Origin: an uncultured Pseudomonadota bacterium | GTDB taxonomy: Bacteria > Pseudomonadota > Alphaproteobacteria > Rs-D84 | NCBI GenBank assembly: GCA_902771695.1 | Contig: CACXXP010000001.1 | Span: 45,862 to 109,861 of the forward strand | Length of the DNA: 64,000 nt | Reading direction: 5' to 3' | Part shown: positions 46,577 to 56,760 of the stretch, piece after piece | Layout: every line of letters begins with the position of its first letter | Position numbering within the stretch: position 1 is the first letter of the stretch | Translations under genes and position numbers: made by a program | The notes under the pieces: generated by a model | Seen by the model: the letters and a program-made list of their open reading frames with translations, nothing else | Told to the model about the DNA's origin: nothing | Databases searched by the model: none

Positions 46577-48145
46577 ATGTCAAAATATATTTTTGTTACA
46601 GGTGGGGTTGTTTCAAGTTTAGGCAAGGGCGTTTCGGCGGCATCGTTGGGCGCCCTTCTTCAATCCCGGGGTTATACAGTTCATGTCCGCAAATTTGATC
46701 CATATTTGAATGTTGATCCAGGAACAATGTCGCCGTTGCAACATGGCGAAGTTTATGTCACCAATGATGGTTTTGAAACGGATCTTGATTTGGGATATTA
46801 CGAGAGGTTTTTGGGAATAAAACTGACTAAGCACGATTCGGTGTCTGGGGGACGCATCTATTGGGATGTGTTGAATGCGGAACGCAGAGGCGACTATCTG
46901 GGGGCAACCGTACAAATGATTCCTCATGTGACCAATAAAATAAAAGAATACATTGCCGAACCAACAAATACAGATTTTGTTATTTGTGAGATAGGCGGTA
47001 CAGTTGGTGACATAGAAGGTAAAGTGTTTTTGGAATCTGTTAGACAATTTGCCAATGAAATTGGACGCCGGAATGTTATGTTCGCACATTTAACCTTGGC
47101 ACCGTATTTGGAACAAAGTGGCGAATTAAAGACCAAGCCAACACAAATGTCTGTTCGGCGGTTACTTGAAAATGGTATCCAGGCCGATGTTTTATTTGTG
47201 CGTTCTCCGCGGATGTTGACATCAGATGAAAAAGCAAAGATAGGTATGTTCTGCAATTTGCCGGCAAAAAATGTTATTACCAGTTTGGATGTTGATAATA
47301 TATACAAAGTACCATTGGTATATGATTCTCAAGATGTGTTCAGTATAATGGCCACACATTTTGGCTTGCCCGATGCCGCCGGTGATATGTCCAAGATTAA
47401 AAAGATAGAACAATATCTGAATGCAGATTTACCTGTTTGCACAATTGGGGTTGTTGGTAAATATTTTGATGTCGGTGATGCATATAAGTCTTTGAACGAA
47501 GCGTTATTTCACGCCAGTATCCAGAACAATGTGCGTCTGAAAATAAAAAAGATAGATGCAGAGAAATTTACCCCAAATGATTGTGATGATGTTGACGGTA
47601 TTTTGGTGCCGGGTGGTTTTGGTTCGCGTGGCGTTGAGGGAAAAATAGCGGCGGTCACATATGCGCGTGAACATAATGTTCCGTTTATGGGAATCTGTCT
47701 GGGAATGCAGGTATCCGTTATAGAATTTATGCGTAATGTTGTTGGGGTAGAGGACGCGAATTCTACGGAATTTTCCAAAAATTGTACTCCTGTCATAGAT
47801 ATCATGCAAGATTGTGACCAAGAAAATATGGGCGGAACATTAAGATTAGGTGCGTATCCATGTGTCATAAAATCGGGAACATTGGCCGAAAAAATATATG
47901 GTTCAGATAATATTTCTGAACGTCATCGCCACCGGTATGAATTGAACATAAAATATAAAGATGTGTTGGAAAAGCATGGAATGATAATATCTGGAATGTC
48001 ACCTGATGGGAAATTGCCGGAAATGATTGAAATACCAAATCATCCTTTCTTTATTGCGGGTCAATTCCATCCAGAATTCCAAAGCAGTCCGTTTACCGGA
48101 CATCCAATGTTTAATGCATTTATCGCAGCGGCAAAAAAGAAATAG
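46577..48145 (+). CDS. pyrG: CTP synthase.
   Basis: N-terminal MSKYIFVTGGVVSSLGKG. C-terminal glutamine amidotransferase domain (GICLGMQ). Confidence 0.93.
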   Translation: MSKYIFVTGGVVSSLGKGVSAASLGALLQSRGYTVHVRKFDPYLNVDPGTMSPLQHGEVYVTNDGFETDLDLGYYERFLGIKLTKHDSVSGGRIYWDVLNAERRGDYLGATVQMIPHVTNKIKEYIAEPTNTDFVICEIGGTVGDIEGKVFLESVRQFANEIGRRNVMFAHLTLAPYLEQSGELKTKPTQMSVRRLLENGIQADVLFVRSPRMLTSDEKAKIGMFCNLPAKNVITSLDVDNIYKVPLVYDSQDVFSIMATHFGLPDAAGDMSKIKKIEQYLNADLPVCTIGVVGKYFDVGDAYKSLNEALFHASIQNNVRLKIKKIDAEKFTPNDCDDVDGILVPGGFGSRGVEGKIAAVTYAREHNVPFMGICLGMQVSVIEFMRNVVGVEDANSTEFSKNCTPVIDIMQDCDQENMGGTLRLGAYPCVIKSGTLAEKIYGSDNISERHRHRYELNIKYKDVLEKHGMIISGMSPDGKLPEMIEIPNHPFFIAGQFHPEFQSSPFTGHPMFNAFIAAAKKK

Positions 48146-48460
48146 TTATTTACCAAAGATAAAATCTGGATTTGATGATATTGCGATAATTGTATCAACA
48201 TCATCATTTTCAGATGCGCGTTGGCGAATCGTTTTTCCACATTTTTCACATACGTGTGTGATAACATATCCATCATGCGATGGCGTGACAGATACAGGTT
48301 TCATCATTCCACCGCACGTTGACCTGCGATCGCCAGGATTTTCATCCACGTGTCGTGACCATAAACATTTCGGACAATGGTTTGTATAGCCATTACCAAA
48401 AACCTGTGAACCACAATGTGCACAGGTAAAATCTTCAACGGTTTTGGTAAATTTTTTCAT
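48146..48460 (-). CDS. RNHCP-domain zinc-ribbon protein.
   Basis: 104 aa with CAHCGS…NHCPKC…CEKCGK motifs. Confidence 0.55.
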   Translation of the reverse strand: MKKFTKTVEDFTCAHCGSQVFGNGYTNHCPKCLWSRHVDENPGDRRSTCGGMMKPVSVTPSHDGYVITHVCEKCGKTIRQRASENDDVDTIIAISSNPDFIFGK

Positions 48461-48463
48461 ATA

Positions 48464-48712
48464 TCAAAGGCCAAGTGCCGTACGGTACATTTGGGTCAAT
48501 TCGTCGGTTTCGTCTAATTCATCTGGATCCATTTTGCGCAGACGTATCATTTGGCGGATATATTTCGGATCATATCCGGCCGATTTTGCCTCGCTGTAAA
48601 TTTCTTTGATATCAGCGGCAATTGCAGCGGTATCTTCATTTAATTTTTCAATACGTTCAATTATGCTAAGTAATTGTTGATTATCAAAACTGCCATGGTT
48701 TGCGTTTTTCAT
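48464..48712 (-). CDS. gapR: GapR-like nucleoid-associated protein (DUF2312/UPF0335).
   Basis: 82 aa. …IERIEKLNEDTAAIAADIKEIYSEAKSAGYDPKYIRQMIRLRKMDPDE… matches the DUF2312 consensus. This family is characteristic of Alphaproteobacteria. Confidence 0.75.
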   Translation of the reverse strand: MKNANHGSFDNQQLLSIIERIEKLNEDTAAIAADIKEIYSEAKSAGYDPKYIRQMIRLRKMDPDELDETDELTQMYRTALGL

Positions 48713-48796
48713 AGATGTTTTCCCCTTGCTTATGTTCCGCCTTTTATGATATACAATAAATTGTAAAAATCAACAAAAACACGAGAGATTGTAACA

Positions 48797-50167
48797 ATGC
48801 CAAGATTTACCAAAATTACGTCTTCTATTGGGCCAAGTTGCGAAACAGAACGGGTATTAAAACAGATGATTTTGGCCGGTGTTAATGTGTGCCGATTGAA
48901 TTTTAGTCACGATACGGGCGAAACCCAGGGGCATAAAATAGATTTGATTCGTAAAATATCCGATGCGTTGAATATGCCGGTTGGAATAATGATTGATTTG
49001 CAGGGGCCTAAGCATCGCATTGGCAATTTTGCAACCGAAGAAAAGTATCAAATAAAACCTGGACAAATATTTACATTTGATTCTAATGACACGCCTGGGG
49101 ATGCCACCCGCGTTTATTTGCCAGATGCCGATGTAATGCAATCTTTACAAATTGGGGACAGAATATTACTGAATGACGGCAAGATTGAAATGCAGGTCCA
49201 AGATGTTTCGCCAAACGCGATTCGTACCAAGGTAATTCGCGGAACAGAAATTTGGTCTCGTCGTGGGTTTAATTTGCCAGATACAGATGTAAAAACATCT
49301 GTGTTGACTGATAAAGACAGGGCGGATTTAGAGTATGCAATAACAAAAAATCCTGATTGGGTGGCTGTTTCTTTTGTACAACGCAGTGAAGATATTGCCG
49401 AAGTTCGTGACTTTATAACAGAACGAACATCACATCCAATTAAAATTATGGCCAAAATAGAACGCAGAATGGCTGTTGAAAAAATCACGGATATTGCGTC
49501 AATTGCTGATGGTATTATGATTGCACGTGGTGATTTGGCGGTTGAATTGCCGTATGAACAGGTTCCGGCAATTTCGCGCCATATTATTCGTGAATGTCGG
49601 CGTTTAAATCGGCCGGTTGTTATGGCAACACAAATGTTAGGTTCAATGGTTGAAAATGAATTCCCAACACGTGCCGAAATCAGCGATGTCGCGAATGCAG
49701 CATATTTGCGGGTTGATTCAACAATGACATCCGAAGAAACAACAATCGGTTCTAATCCGGTCAATGTTGTTGAAACGATGAATAAAATTTTATCGTATTC
49801 TGATGATGATGCGATGGCAAATCCGGCCGATTGGGTAAGAACAGAAAATGCACCAGAAAATGATTGGTCGAGGTCTGTATCTTCTATGGCGTTTCTGAAT
49901 CATGCGGGTGCAATATTGGTCTTTGCACGTGATACAGTTGGGGTGACAGAAATTGCATGTCGTCGTCCCGATGTCCCGATTGTTGCCGTATGCGATGACA
50001 AACTGATAGCAAATCAGTTATGCATCGTACGTGGTGTCAATTCGGTCTATATGCCTGATTTGTTCGCTCAGCGTGATGCGTCTGCTGTTGCACACATAAT
50101 CGGAATAAAATCAAACAAGATAGTTATCGTTGATGGTGATAAAGTCAGTTTGTGCGATTTAGATTAG
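48797..50167 (+). CDS. pyk: Pyruvate kinase.
   Basis: 456 aa. TKITSSIGPS…AGVNVCRLNFSH…MIARGDLAVE motifs. Confidence 0.9.
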   Translation: MPRFTKITSSIGPSCETERVLKQMILAGVNVCRLNFSHDTGETQGHKIDLIRKISDALNMPVGIMIDLQGPKHRIGNFATEEKYQIKPGQIFTFDSNDTPGDATRVYLPDADVMQSLQIGDRILLNDGKIEMQVQDVSPNAIRTKVIRGTEIWSRRGFNLPDTDVKTSVLTDKDRADLEYAITKNPDWVAVSFVQRSEDIAEVRDFITERTSHPIKIMAKIERRMAVEKITDIASIADGIMIARGDLAVELPYEQVPAISRHIIRECRRLNRPVVMATQMLGSMVENEFPTRAEISDVANAAYLRVDSTMTSEETTIGSNPVNVVETMNKILSYSDDDAMANPADWVRTENAPENDWSRSVSSMAFLNHAGAILVFARDTVGVTEIACRRPDVPIVAVCDDKLIANQLCIVRGVNSVYMPDLFAQRDASAVAHIIGIKSNKIVIVDGDKVSLCDLD

Positions 50168-50170
50168 CAA

Positions 50171-50416
50171 TTATTTCATAATTGGTGGAAAACAATCGCC
50201 ACCATCCAATGGACAACAATTGAATCCTAAATCGCCCATATCTTTTAATTCTTCACCTGGGCAACATCCATTTATATCGGGGCTGGCATTATCTTTACAT
50301 GTGAATTCTGCATCTGGGATGTTCAGGTAATATTCACTGGTAATATATGCGGTGACAAAACCTGTTATAATGGCTGTGATGATACATGCGATTATTATTT
50401 TATAGACAGTTTTCAT
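50171..50416 (-). CDS. Small membrane-anchored Cys-rich protein (81 aa).
   Basis: N-terminal TM helix. C-terminal CKDNASPDINGCCPGEELKDMGDLGFNCCPLDGGDC shares the motif C…GCCxGE…CCPxxGxxxC with the 24833..25531 protein. Confidence 0.5.
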   Translation of the reverse strand: MKTVYKIIIACIITAIITGFVTAYITSEYYLNIPDAEFTCKDNASPDINGCCPGEELKDMGDLGFNCCPLDGGDCFPPIMK

Positions 50417-50435
50417 TTTTTATCCCCCATAATTT

Positions 50436-52025
50436 TTATTCTGATATTTCCACAGAATCTATGTATGTGCGATTAACCGTTTCCAATGGTACCGGTTTAT
50501 AGTTTTCCGCCTTTATAGAAAAATCATCATTGGTTGGTGTAATAGTGACCGATTCAAATGTCGTACTGGAATTGGTCGTTTTTGTAACACCATAGGTTTT
50601 TGCACGGTATTTGCCACGGAAACGTTCTGGAATATTTATGTAATCCATTGGGTTCACACCACGTGCAACCAAAGCTTTATCATTTGCGGGCGATATATAA
50701 ACTTCGTTTGTTTTATAGATTGGAATTGTAAATGCCGCCGCCGGTGTACGTGCAACAGTTGTTGTGCCATCACCATTTAATCTAACAATCTGTAAGGCAC
50801 GTTCATTTAGTCCGTTTGGACGCAATCTGAATAGTCCATTTGCCCCAACATAACCGCCCGCATTCATAAGGTACGGTGCCACACCATTTTGGGAATAAAC
50901 CGCACCAATCGCAAGTATTGTCGCATCGTAACCGATTGCCGCCATACGTGATGCCGGGTTGTTTGTTGCAGATTGGTACAGTGCAGAAAAGTTAGAAGGT
51001 ATTTCTGGTAATGTTGCGAATACAGATCCAGTCATTGTTAAATCAGATGCGATATCGCCTTCTTCCCACATTGGTGTTCCATAGAATTGTGCGTCACGAA
51101 CACCCAATCCATAATACCGCAGAAACGATGCCAATGATTTTGTATCATCTGTGCTGCCCAAGAACAATACCGAATCGTATGGTAATGTACCAAGAGTATC
51201 GGTTCGTCCAATACGTTCAAGTTGACGTGACAATGATGATTTTTCTGTTGGTGATAAATTTTCATGATTCAGTATCGCAGATAATATTTCTTTGGCACGG
51301 GTATTGGCGGCATTTCTTGCCGTATACATCGCAGCGTCCATGGATGCATTTTTTATAGATTCTGTATCATGTTCATTATAAAAGAATACACCAACATTAT
51401 CTATATTATACACATTGCTTATACGTTCTGCGGCCCCCGCCATTAAATGCCCCGAAGAACTATTAGGGGCCATGATTATGAAACTTTTTGCACCCCGGGC
51501 ATTCATTTCTTGTAATGTGGTCTCTATGGTGTTGGCCGGTATAACCGCCATACTGAATACCCCATCACCAACCGCGGATGTGTCAGATGTAAATGACAGC
51601 GCCGGGATACTGGACGGTTTTATATCACGCAATATTTTTGCGTTTTCCGCAAAGACCGGTCCAATTATGATTTCTGGGTTTGATGCAACCGCATTTTCAA
51701 TTACACGATGGACATCGTCCGCGCCGGTATCATAAAAACTCATTTGCAATTCAGATGGTGCAAATTGCATATATGCGGCCTCGATTGCTGGTAATATTGT
51801 TTTGCCGATTGCGGCCTTGGGACCACTGGTTGGTAAAAGTACGGCAATCGTATGCGTTTCTGATGTGCCATACAGACCGGCACTGAAACTGCCATACTGC
51901 AATTCAGCCGGCATACCTGTTGTGGTCTTGTCGTATTCAGAATACCAGTGACTGTTACCACCACCGCATCCCACCAATAACGGCAGTAATACAATAAAAT
52001 AAAGAAATCTAGTTATAATATGCAT
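50436..52025 (-). CDS. LppC/LpoA-family penicillin-binding-protein-activator-like lipoprotein (periplasmic-binding-protein fold).
   Basis: Lipobox LLVGC|GGG. Large type-I periplasmic-binding-fold-like domain. Start placed at MHIITRF. Confidence 0.5.
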   Translation of the reverse strand: MHIITRFLYFIVLLPLLVGCGGGNSHWYSEYDKTTTGMPAELQYGSFSAGLYGTSETHTIAVLLPTSGPKAAIGKTILPAIEAAYMQFAPSELQMSFYDTGADDVHRVIENAVASNPEIIIGPVFAENAKILRDIKPSSIPALSFTSDTSAVGDGVFSMAVIPANTIETTLQEMNARGAKSFIIMAPNSSSGHLMAGAAERISNVYNIDNVGVFFYNEHDTESIKNASMDAAMYTARNAANTRAKEILSAILNHENLSPTEKSSLSRQLERIGRTDTLGTLPYDSVLFLGSTDDTKSLASFLRYYGLGVRDAQFYGTPMWEEGDIASDLTMTGSVFATLPEIPSNFSALYQSATNNPASRMAAIGYDATILAIGAVYSQNGVAPYLMNAGGYVGANGLFRLRPNGLNERALQIVRLNGDGTTTVARTPAAAFTIPIYKTNEVYISPANDKALVARGVNPMDYINIPERFRGKYRAKTYGVTKTTNSSTTFESVTITPTNDDFSIKAENYKPVPLETVNRTYIDSVEISE

Positions 52026-52073
52026 TGAAAAATCCATTTTATCCTGTATTATTCTACTGTAAAGGATTAACAA

Positions 52074-52868
52074 ATGCAAACAGGTTTTTACATTATTGGT
52101 ACACCAATTGGTAATTTATCGGATATGTCGCCACGCGCCATAGAGGTTTTAAAGGGTGTTGACCTGGTTGCTGCCGAAGATACACGGGTGTTTGGTAAAA
52201 TTGCATCACATTTTGATATAAAGACACCGCGGACATCGTGTCATGAACATAATGAACGGGAAGTAATAGATGGTTTGATTGAACGTGTGCGTATGGGGGC
52301 GGCGGTCGCGGTTGTTTCTGATGCCGGAATGCCGGGAATCAGCGATCCTGGTTTCCGCTTGGTGCGCGCGGCACGTAATGCCGGGGTACCGGTGTTTGTT
52401 GTCCCAGGACCAACGGCGGTTATATCCGCATTGGTGTTAAGTGGTTTCCCAACAGATAGATTTACTTTCTGTGGGTTCTTTGATGAAAAGAAATTGCGTG
52501 ATGACAATAAAATACGTCATACAATTGTTTATTATGAAAGTCCGAATCGCGTAAAAAATACCATTGCCGCAATTGCGCGTGTTATGCCGGAACGACAAAT
52601 CGCCATAGTTCGTGAAATTACAAAAATACATGAACAAACGATAATTGGTTATCCGGCTGATTTGGTAAATATAGAAGATTTGCGTGGTGAAATTGTAATT
52701 GTTGTTGCACCCGCCCCAGAACATAAAATGTCAGATGATGAAATTACGGAAATTGTTAATGATGTTGCCGCAAATTCTACCAAGGGTGCCGCGGCAGATT
52801 TGGCGATGCGGGCCGGAATATCAAAAAAAGAGGCGTATAATAGATTATTAAAACGGGACAAAAAATAA
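52074..52868 (+). CDS. rsmI: 16S rRNA (cytidine1402-2'-O)-methyltransferase.
   Basis: N-terminus GFYIIGTPIGNLSDMSPRAIEVLKGVDLVAAEDTR of the tetrapyrrole-methylase-fold RsmI family. Confidence 0.85.
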   Translation: MQTGFYIIGTPIGNLSDMSPRAIEVLKGVDLVAAEDTRVFGKIASHFDIKTPRTSCHEHNEREVIDGLIERVRMGAAVAVVSDAGMPGISDPGFRLVRAARNAGVPVFVVPGPTAVISALVLSGFPTDRFTFCGFFDEKKLRDDNKIRHTIVYYESPNRVKNTIAAIARVMPERQIAIVREITKIHEQTIIGYPADLVNIEDLRGEIVIVVAPAPEHKMSDDEITEIVNDVAANSTKGAAADLAMRAGISKKEAYNRLLKRDKK

Positions 52869-53422
52869 TGATAAAATTTGTTGGTGGATTTGACAGGGTA
52901 TGCGATTTGCCGGAAACTCAATTTCCGGAATATGCTTTTGCGGGTCGCAGTAATGTTGGTAAATCATCGCTGATAAATGCGATTGTTGGTATGCCGGTGG
53001 CGCGTACATCAAATACGCCGGGGCGAACCCAGACATTGAATATGTTTAATATAGATGACAGAATTTCTATACTAGATTTGCCGGGTTATGGTTATGCACG
53101 TGTGTCCAAGGTTGATGCGGAAAAATGGATGATACGATTCCAAGAATATATATGTTCGCGGCGACAATTAAAAAGATTATTTATTTTAATAGATTCACGA
53201 ATTGGACCAAAAAATTCTGATTTGGATTTGATGGAATATTGTGATGCAAATGGTATTTCTTACCAAATCGTGTACACGAAAAAGGACAAGCGTGTTCGTG
53301 AACAAGAACAGGTAAAAATTGATTGCGACAATCATCCGGCAATGGTCGCAGATATTTTAGAAACATCGGCCGAAAAGAAACGTGGGATTGATACAATAAG
53401 GGCGATAATTGGTATCAAATAA
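52868..53422 (+). CDS. engB: Ribosome biogenesis GTPase EngB/YihA.
   Basis: G1 GRSNVGKSSLIN, G3 DLPGYG, G4 TKKD. Confidence 0.85.
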   Translation: MIKFVGGFDRVCDLPETQFPEYAFAGRSNVGKSSLINAIVGMPVARTSNTPGRTQTLNMFNIDDRISILDLPGYGYARVSKVDAEKWMIRFQEYICSRRQLKRLFILIDSRIGPKNSDLDLMEYCDANGISYQIVYTKKDKRVREQEQVKIDCDNHPAMVADILETSAEKKRGIDTIRAIIGIK

Positions 53423-55928
53423 CAATATTTTTTGTGTTTCTAATCCAACGAAAATGTTGGACGGTCTTTGGCGCATTATTCATGAATCACAAATAGATTT
53501 ACAAAATATTCTTATTTTTGTCCCAAGTCGGCGCGCCGCACGCAGTATAGAAAAAATGATAGTTGATAAAATCGGTCATGCGGTAATTTTGCCACAGATT
53601 GTTCCGCTTGGGGTTGGAATGGACGGCGAAGATTTAGAAGATACAGATGGTCAATCAACTGTATCGGCATTGGAACGTGTCGTTGCAATGTCTTATATAC
53701 TGTCAAATCTGCCGACAGTGCGAAATATATCGGCGGCGATACCTGTGGCGCGCACATTAATAACGATGCAGGATTATCTTGAAAACAGCGGTAAAGATAT
53801 ATCCGACATAGATTGGAATTCGTTGATAGATAATCGCTATGCGGCGCATTTTCGCGATAAATCGCAGATTCTGGATATACTTTCGCACGTTAATCAAGAA
53901 ATATTCAATGGTCGTGAAACAGAAACCAAGTTCAGAAATTCCGCCGTATACGCTTGGTGTGATTATGTAAAAAAATTACCAATAAATGATACTTTGGTTA
54001 TTGTATGTGGTTCAACCGCCAGTGTTCCCGTCACACGTAAACTGATGACGGTTATTGCGGGGTTACCAAATGGGCGAATTATTTTATCAGGCAAGATTTC
54101 CGGTCGTATTGAAGATTTAGAATTGGATACAAATCCATATAATTCTGAATATAAATTTTTATGTGATATCGGATTACGTCCGAATGATGTTTGTGAACTA
54201 GATTTTGGAAAATCACACATAGATTTTATGAATGTTGCGTTTGGAAATGAATTTTTGGGTGATACAAATTATGATTTAACAAATTGCCATTTAATAGAAA
54301 CGAATCGTGAATCCGAAGAAGCCGCCGCCGCCGCAGAAATTGCTGAACGCAGCATTGCAAACAACAAAAGTGTTTTGATTATAACGCCTGATGCGGCGGG
54401 GAATCAACGTTTAATGACCGAATTTAATCGTCGTGGAATTGTCGCGGATTTTTCAGGTGGCATATCTGGAACACAAATACCGGCGGGCAGGGCGATACTT
54501 AATCTGTTTGATGATTGGATAGAATCTGGCGTAATGTTTTTTGATGATGTTTATTCGGCGGCTGATTTTAATTTGTTTGATGCGGTCGCGGAAATTGTTG
54601 AACGTTTTTATCCACAAATGTCGCCGCAGTTTATAATAGACGATGCGGCGGCAATGCAGGTATGGAACGAAATAAAAAAATTATCTGATTGTTTATCTGC
54701 GCAACAGATACGAATTTGTTTGACTGATGCACGGGCATTTATTGCAGATGCATTATCTGGGGTGCGTGTGCGTTCACAAATGAATGATATGGCGCCTGTG
54801 GTTGTGTTGGGAACCATTGAATCACGTATGCAAACCGCAGATGTCGTTATATTGACTGGATTGAACGAAGGAATGTTCCCCGCATTGGGATACGAAAACC
54901 CATGGTTGCCACGCAGAATTTCTGTGGCGATTGGAATGCCGTCACCAAATCACAAAGTGTCTTTGATGGCGCTTGATTTTATGACGTTGTCATGTGGTGC
55001 GGATGTTTATTGGTTGCGCAGCAAGGTATCAGGTGGCGTGCAAACCCAAGAATCACGATTTATATCACGTGTGATTGCTGCACGTGGTTTGTTTGATAAA
55101 GATATAGCGAATGAAATATTGAATTCGGTGCGTTCACGTGACATCGTCCCAGATAAACTATTGCGATATGATGACCCGACACCACCGGCGGATTGGAGTG
55201 ACGTATATGTGACAGAATTGGAAACATTGATACATAATCCATATGCATTTTATGTCGGACATATTTTGCGTCTGCACCCAGAACGAGATTATTGGGATGG
55301 TACCGATGCCCGTGATTTTGGTAATCTGGTACATGATGTGTTGGAACATGCACCGGCAAACGCAACTGGCGAATATCTGGTCAGTGAAATGGATAGGTTA
55401 GCACGTGAAAAATTAGGAAAAAATAACTTGATATTTGCTATATGGCACCGGCGTTTTATGGAAATTGCACCATTGGCGGTTGAAATGTTACGCACTACGC
55501 CGAATGCAGTGGTTGAAATCGGTGGTGTGATAAATATTGCAGGACGCAATGTTCGTGCCCGTGCCGACAGAATATGGCCAGGTGGTGTTTTGGATATTAA
55601 AACGGGTGCGGCGCCTTCTCGTCCTCAGGTTATGAACGGTAATATGCCACAATTACCATTAGAGGCGTTAATGCTAAAAAATGGCGGATTCGCAATGTAT
55701 AGAGCCAGTGACCCCATAATGCGTTTTTTGCAATTACAGGCGCATCATACGCAAATAATAGAATATTCCGTGGATGATACAATTACCGCCATGCAGGCGG
55801 CATATGATAAAACCACAGAACTGTTTAATATGTATTCGGCTGGGGCGGCTGCATATAAATATATGCGAACCAGTGATCCAAAATATAAAGCTGTGGATGA
55901 TTTTGCGCGTGCAGATGAACGCGATTAG
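53409..55928 (+). CDS. addB: Double-strand-break repair protein AddB-like (PD-(D/E)XK nuclease, alphaproteobacterial type).
   Basis: 839 aa. Degenerate P-loop region and a C-terminal RecB-like nuclease motif (…GGVLDIKTG…). No addA is adjacent within the window. Confidence 0.6.
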   Translation: MVSNNNIFCVSNPTKMLDGLWRIIHESQIDLQNILIFVPSRRAARSIEKMIVDKIGHAVILPQIVPLGVGMDGEDLEDTDGQSTVSALERVVAMSYILSNLPTVRNISAAIPVARTLITMQDYLENSGKDISDIDWNSLIDNRYAAHFRDKSQILDILSHVNQEIFNGRETETKFRNSAVYAWCDYVKKLPINDTLVIVCGSTASVPVTRKLMTVIAGLPNGRIILSGKISGRIEDLELDTNPYNSEYKFLCDIGLRPNDVCELDFGKSHIDFMNVAFGNEFLGDTNYDLTNCHLIETNRESEEAAAAAEIAERSIANNKSVLIITPDAAGNQRLMTEFNRRGIVADFSGGISGTQIPAGRAILNLFDDWIESGVMFFDDVYSAADFNLFDAVAEIVERFYPQMSPQFIIDDAAAMQVWNEIKKLSDCLSAQQIRICLTDARAFIADALSGVRVRSQMNDMAPVVVLGTIESRMQTADVVILTGLNEGMFPALGYENPWLPRRISVAIGMPSPNHKVSLMALDFMTLSCGADVYWLRSKVSGGVQTQESRFISRVIAARGLFDKDIANEILNSVRSRDIVPDKLLRYDDPTPPADWSDVYVTELETLIHNPYAFYVGHILRLHPERDYWDGTDARDFGNLVHDVLEHAPANATGEYLVSEMDRLAREKLGKNNLIFAIWHRRFMEIAPLAVEMLRTTPNAVVEIGGVINIAGRNVRARADRIWPGGVLDIKTGAAPSRPQVMNGNMPQLPLEALMLKNGGFAMYRASDPIMRFLQLQAHHTQIIEYSVDDTITAMQAAYDKTTELFNMYSAGAAAYKYMRTSDPKYKAVDDFARADERD

Positions 55929-56692
55929 TCAATTTTCAACATTAACCCGCAATGGTCAGTTGATTTTGTTGCCGTCCGTGGACAGCGGTCAATTTCGCAT
56001 GCGGATATTATTTTTTGTGCAGTTTTGTTCGCCAAAAAATAATCTAAACGTAATCCGTTATTATGTTCTAAACTGTTTTGGCGATAACTGAACCAGGTAT
56101 ATCCAATTTCTTCGGGGTGGATATGGCGCCATGCATCCATCCATCCAGCGTCCAGCCATTTTTGCATGATTTCACGTGCCGCCGGCGCAGAAATACTGGA
56201 TCCAATATAATTTTTGGGATTCCATATATCACAATCCGCAATGGCAACATTAAAGTCACCGCCAATTATAACCGCTTCTTCGGAATCCAAATATTGTGCG
56301 ATATAATCTGTAAACGCCTGCATCCATTCAATTTTATATTGGAATTTTGGCGATTCTTGGGATTCACCGTTTGGCATATACACATTTATTATGCGAACGC
56401 GCCCCCCAATAACAGTTTCCAAAAAACGCGCATTTGGGTCTGGATAGTTCGGCATGCCACGAACGGTGTCTTCAATGGATAACTTAGAGAAAGTCGCGAC
56501 CCCGTTCCAGCTTTTTTGACCAAAAATCTTGATATTATACCCATATTCATCAAATAAATTATGCGGAAATGCGCTTGTTTCAACCTTTAACTCTTGGACC
56601 AGTATGGTGTCATATTCGCCTGATTTTAGAATATCCAAGAAAGATTCAGCGTGGGCGCGGATTGAATTGATATTTATCGTAAGAATTTTCAT
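55925..56692 (-). CDS. xth: Exodeoxyribonuclease III (AP endonuclease).
   Basis: N-terminus MKILTININS(I)RAH, and the C-terminal SDHCGLM catalytic motif of the EEP fold. Confidence 0.88.
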   Translation of the reverse strand: MKILTININSIRAHAESFLDILKSGEYDTILVQELKVETSAFPHNLFDEYGYNIKIFGQKSWNGVATFSKLSIEDTVRGMPNYPDPNARFLETVIGGRVRIINVYMPNGESQESPKFQYKIEWMQAFTDYIAQYLDSEEAVIIGGDFNVAIADCDIWNPKNYIGSSISAPAAREIMQKWLDAGWMDAWRHIHPEEIGYTWFSYRQNSLEHNNGLRLDYFLANKTAQKIISACEIDRCPRTATKSTDHCGLMLKID

Positions 56693-56760
56693 GTTTGCAA
56701 TATTTCCTTTTATATATATAATAGTCATAAGATTAAGTAAAAACAACAAGGATTTTTATT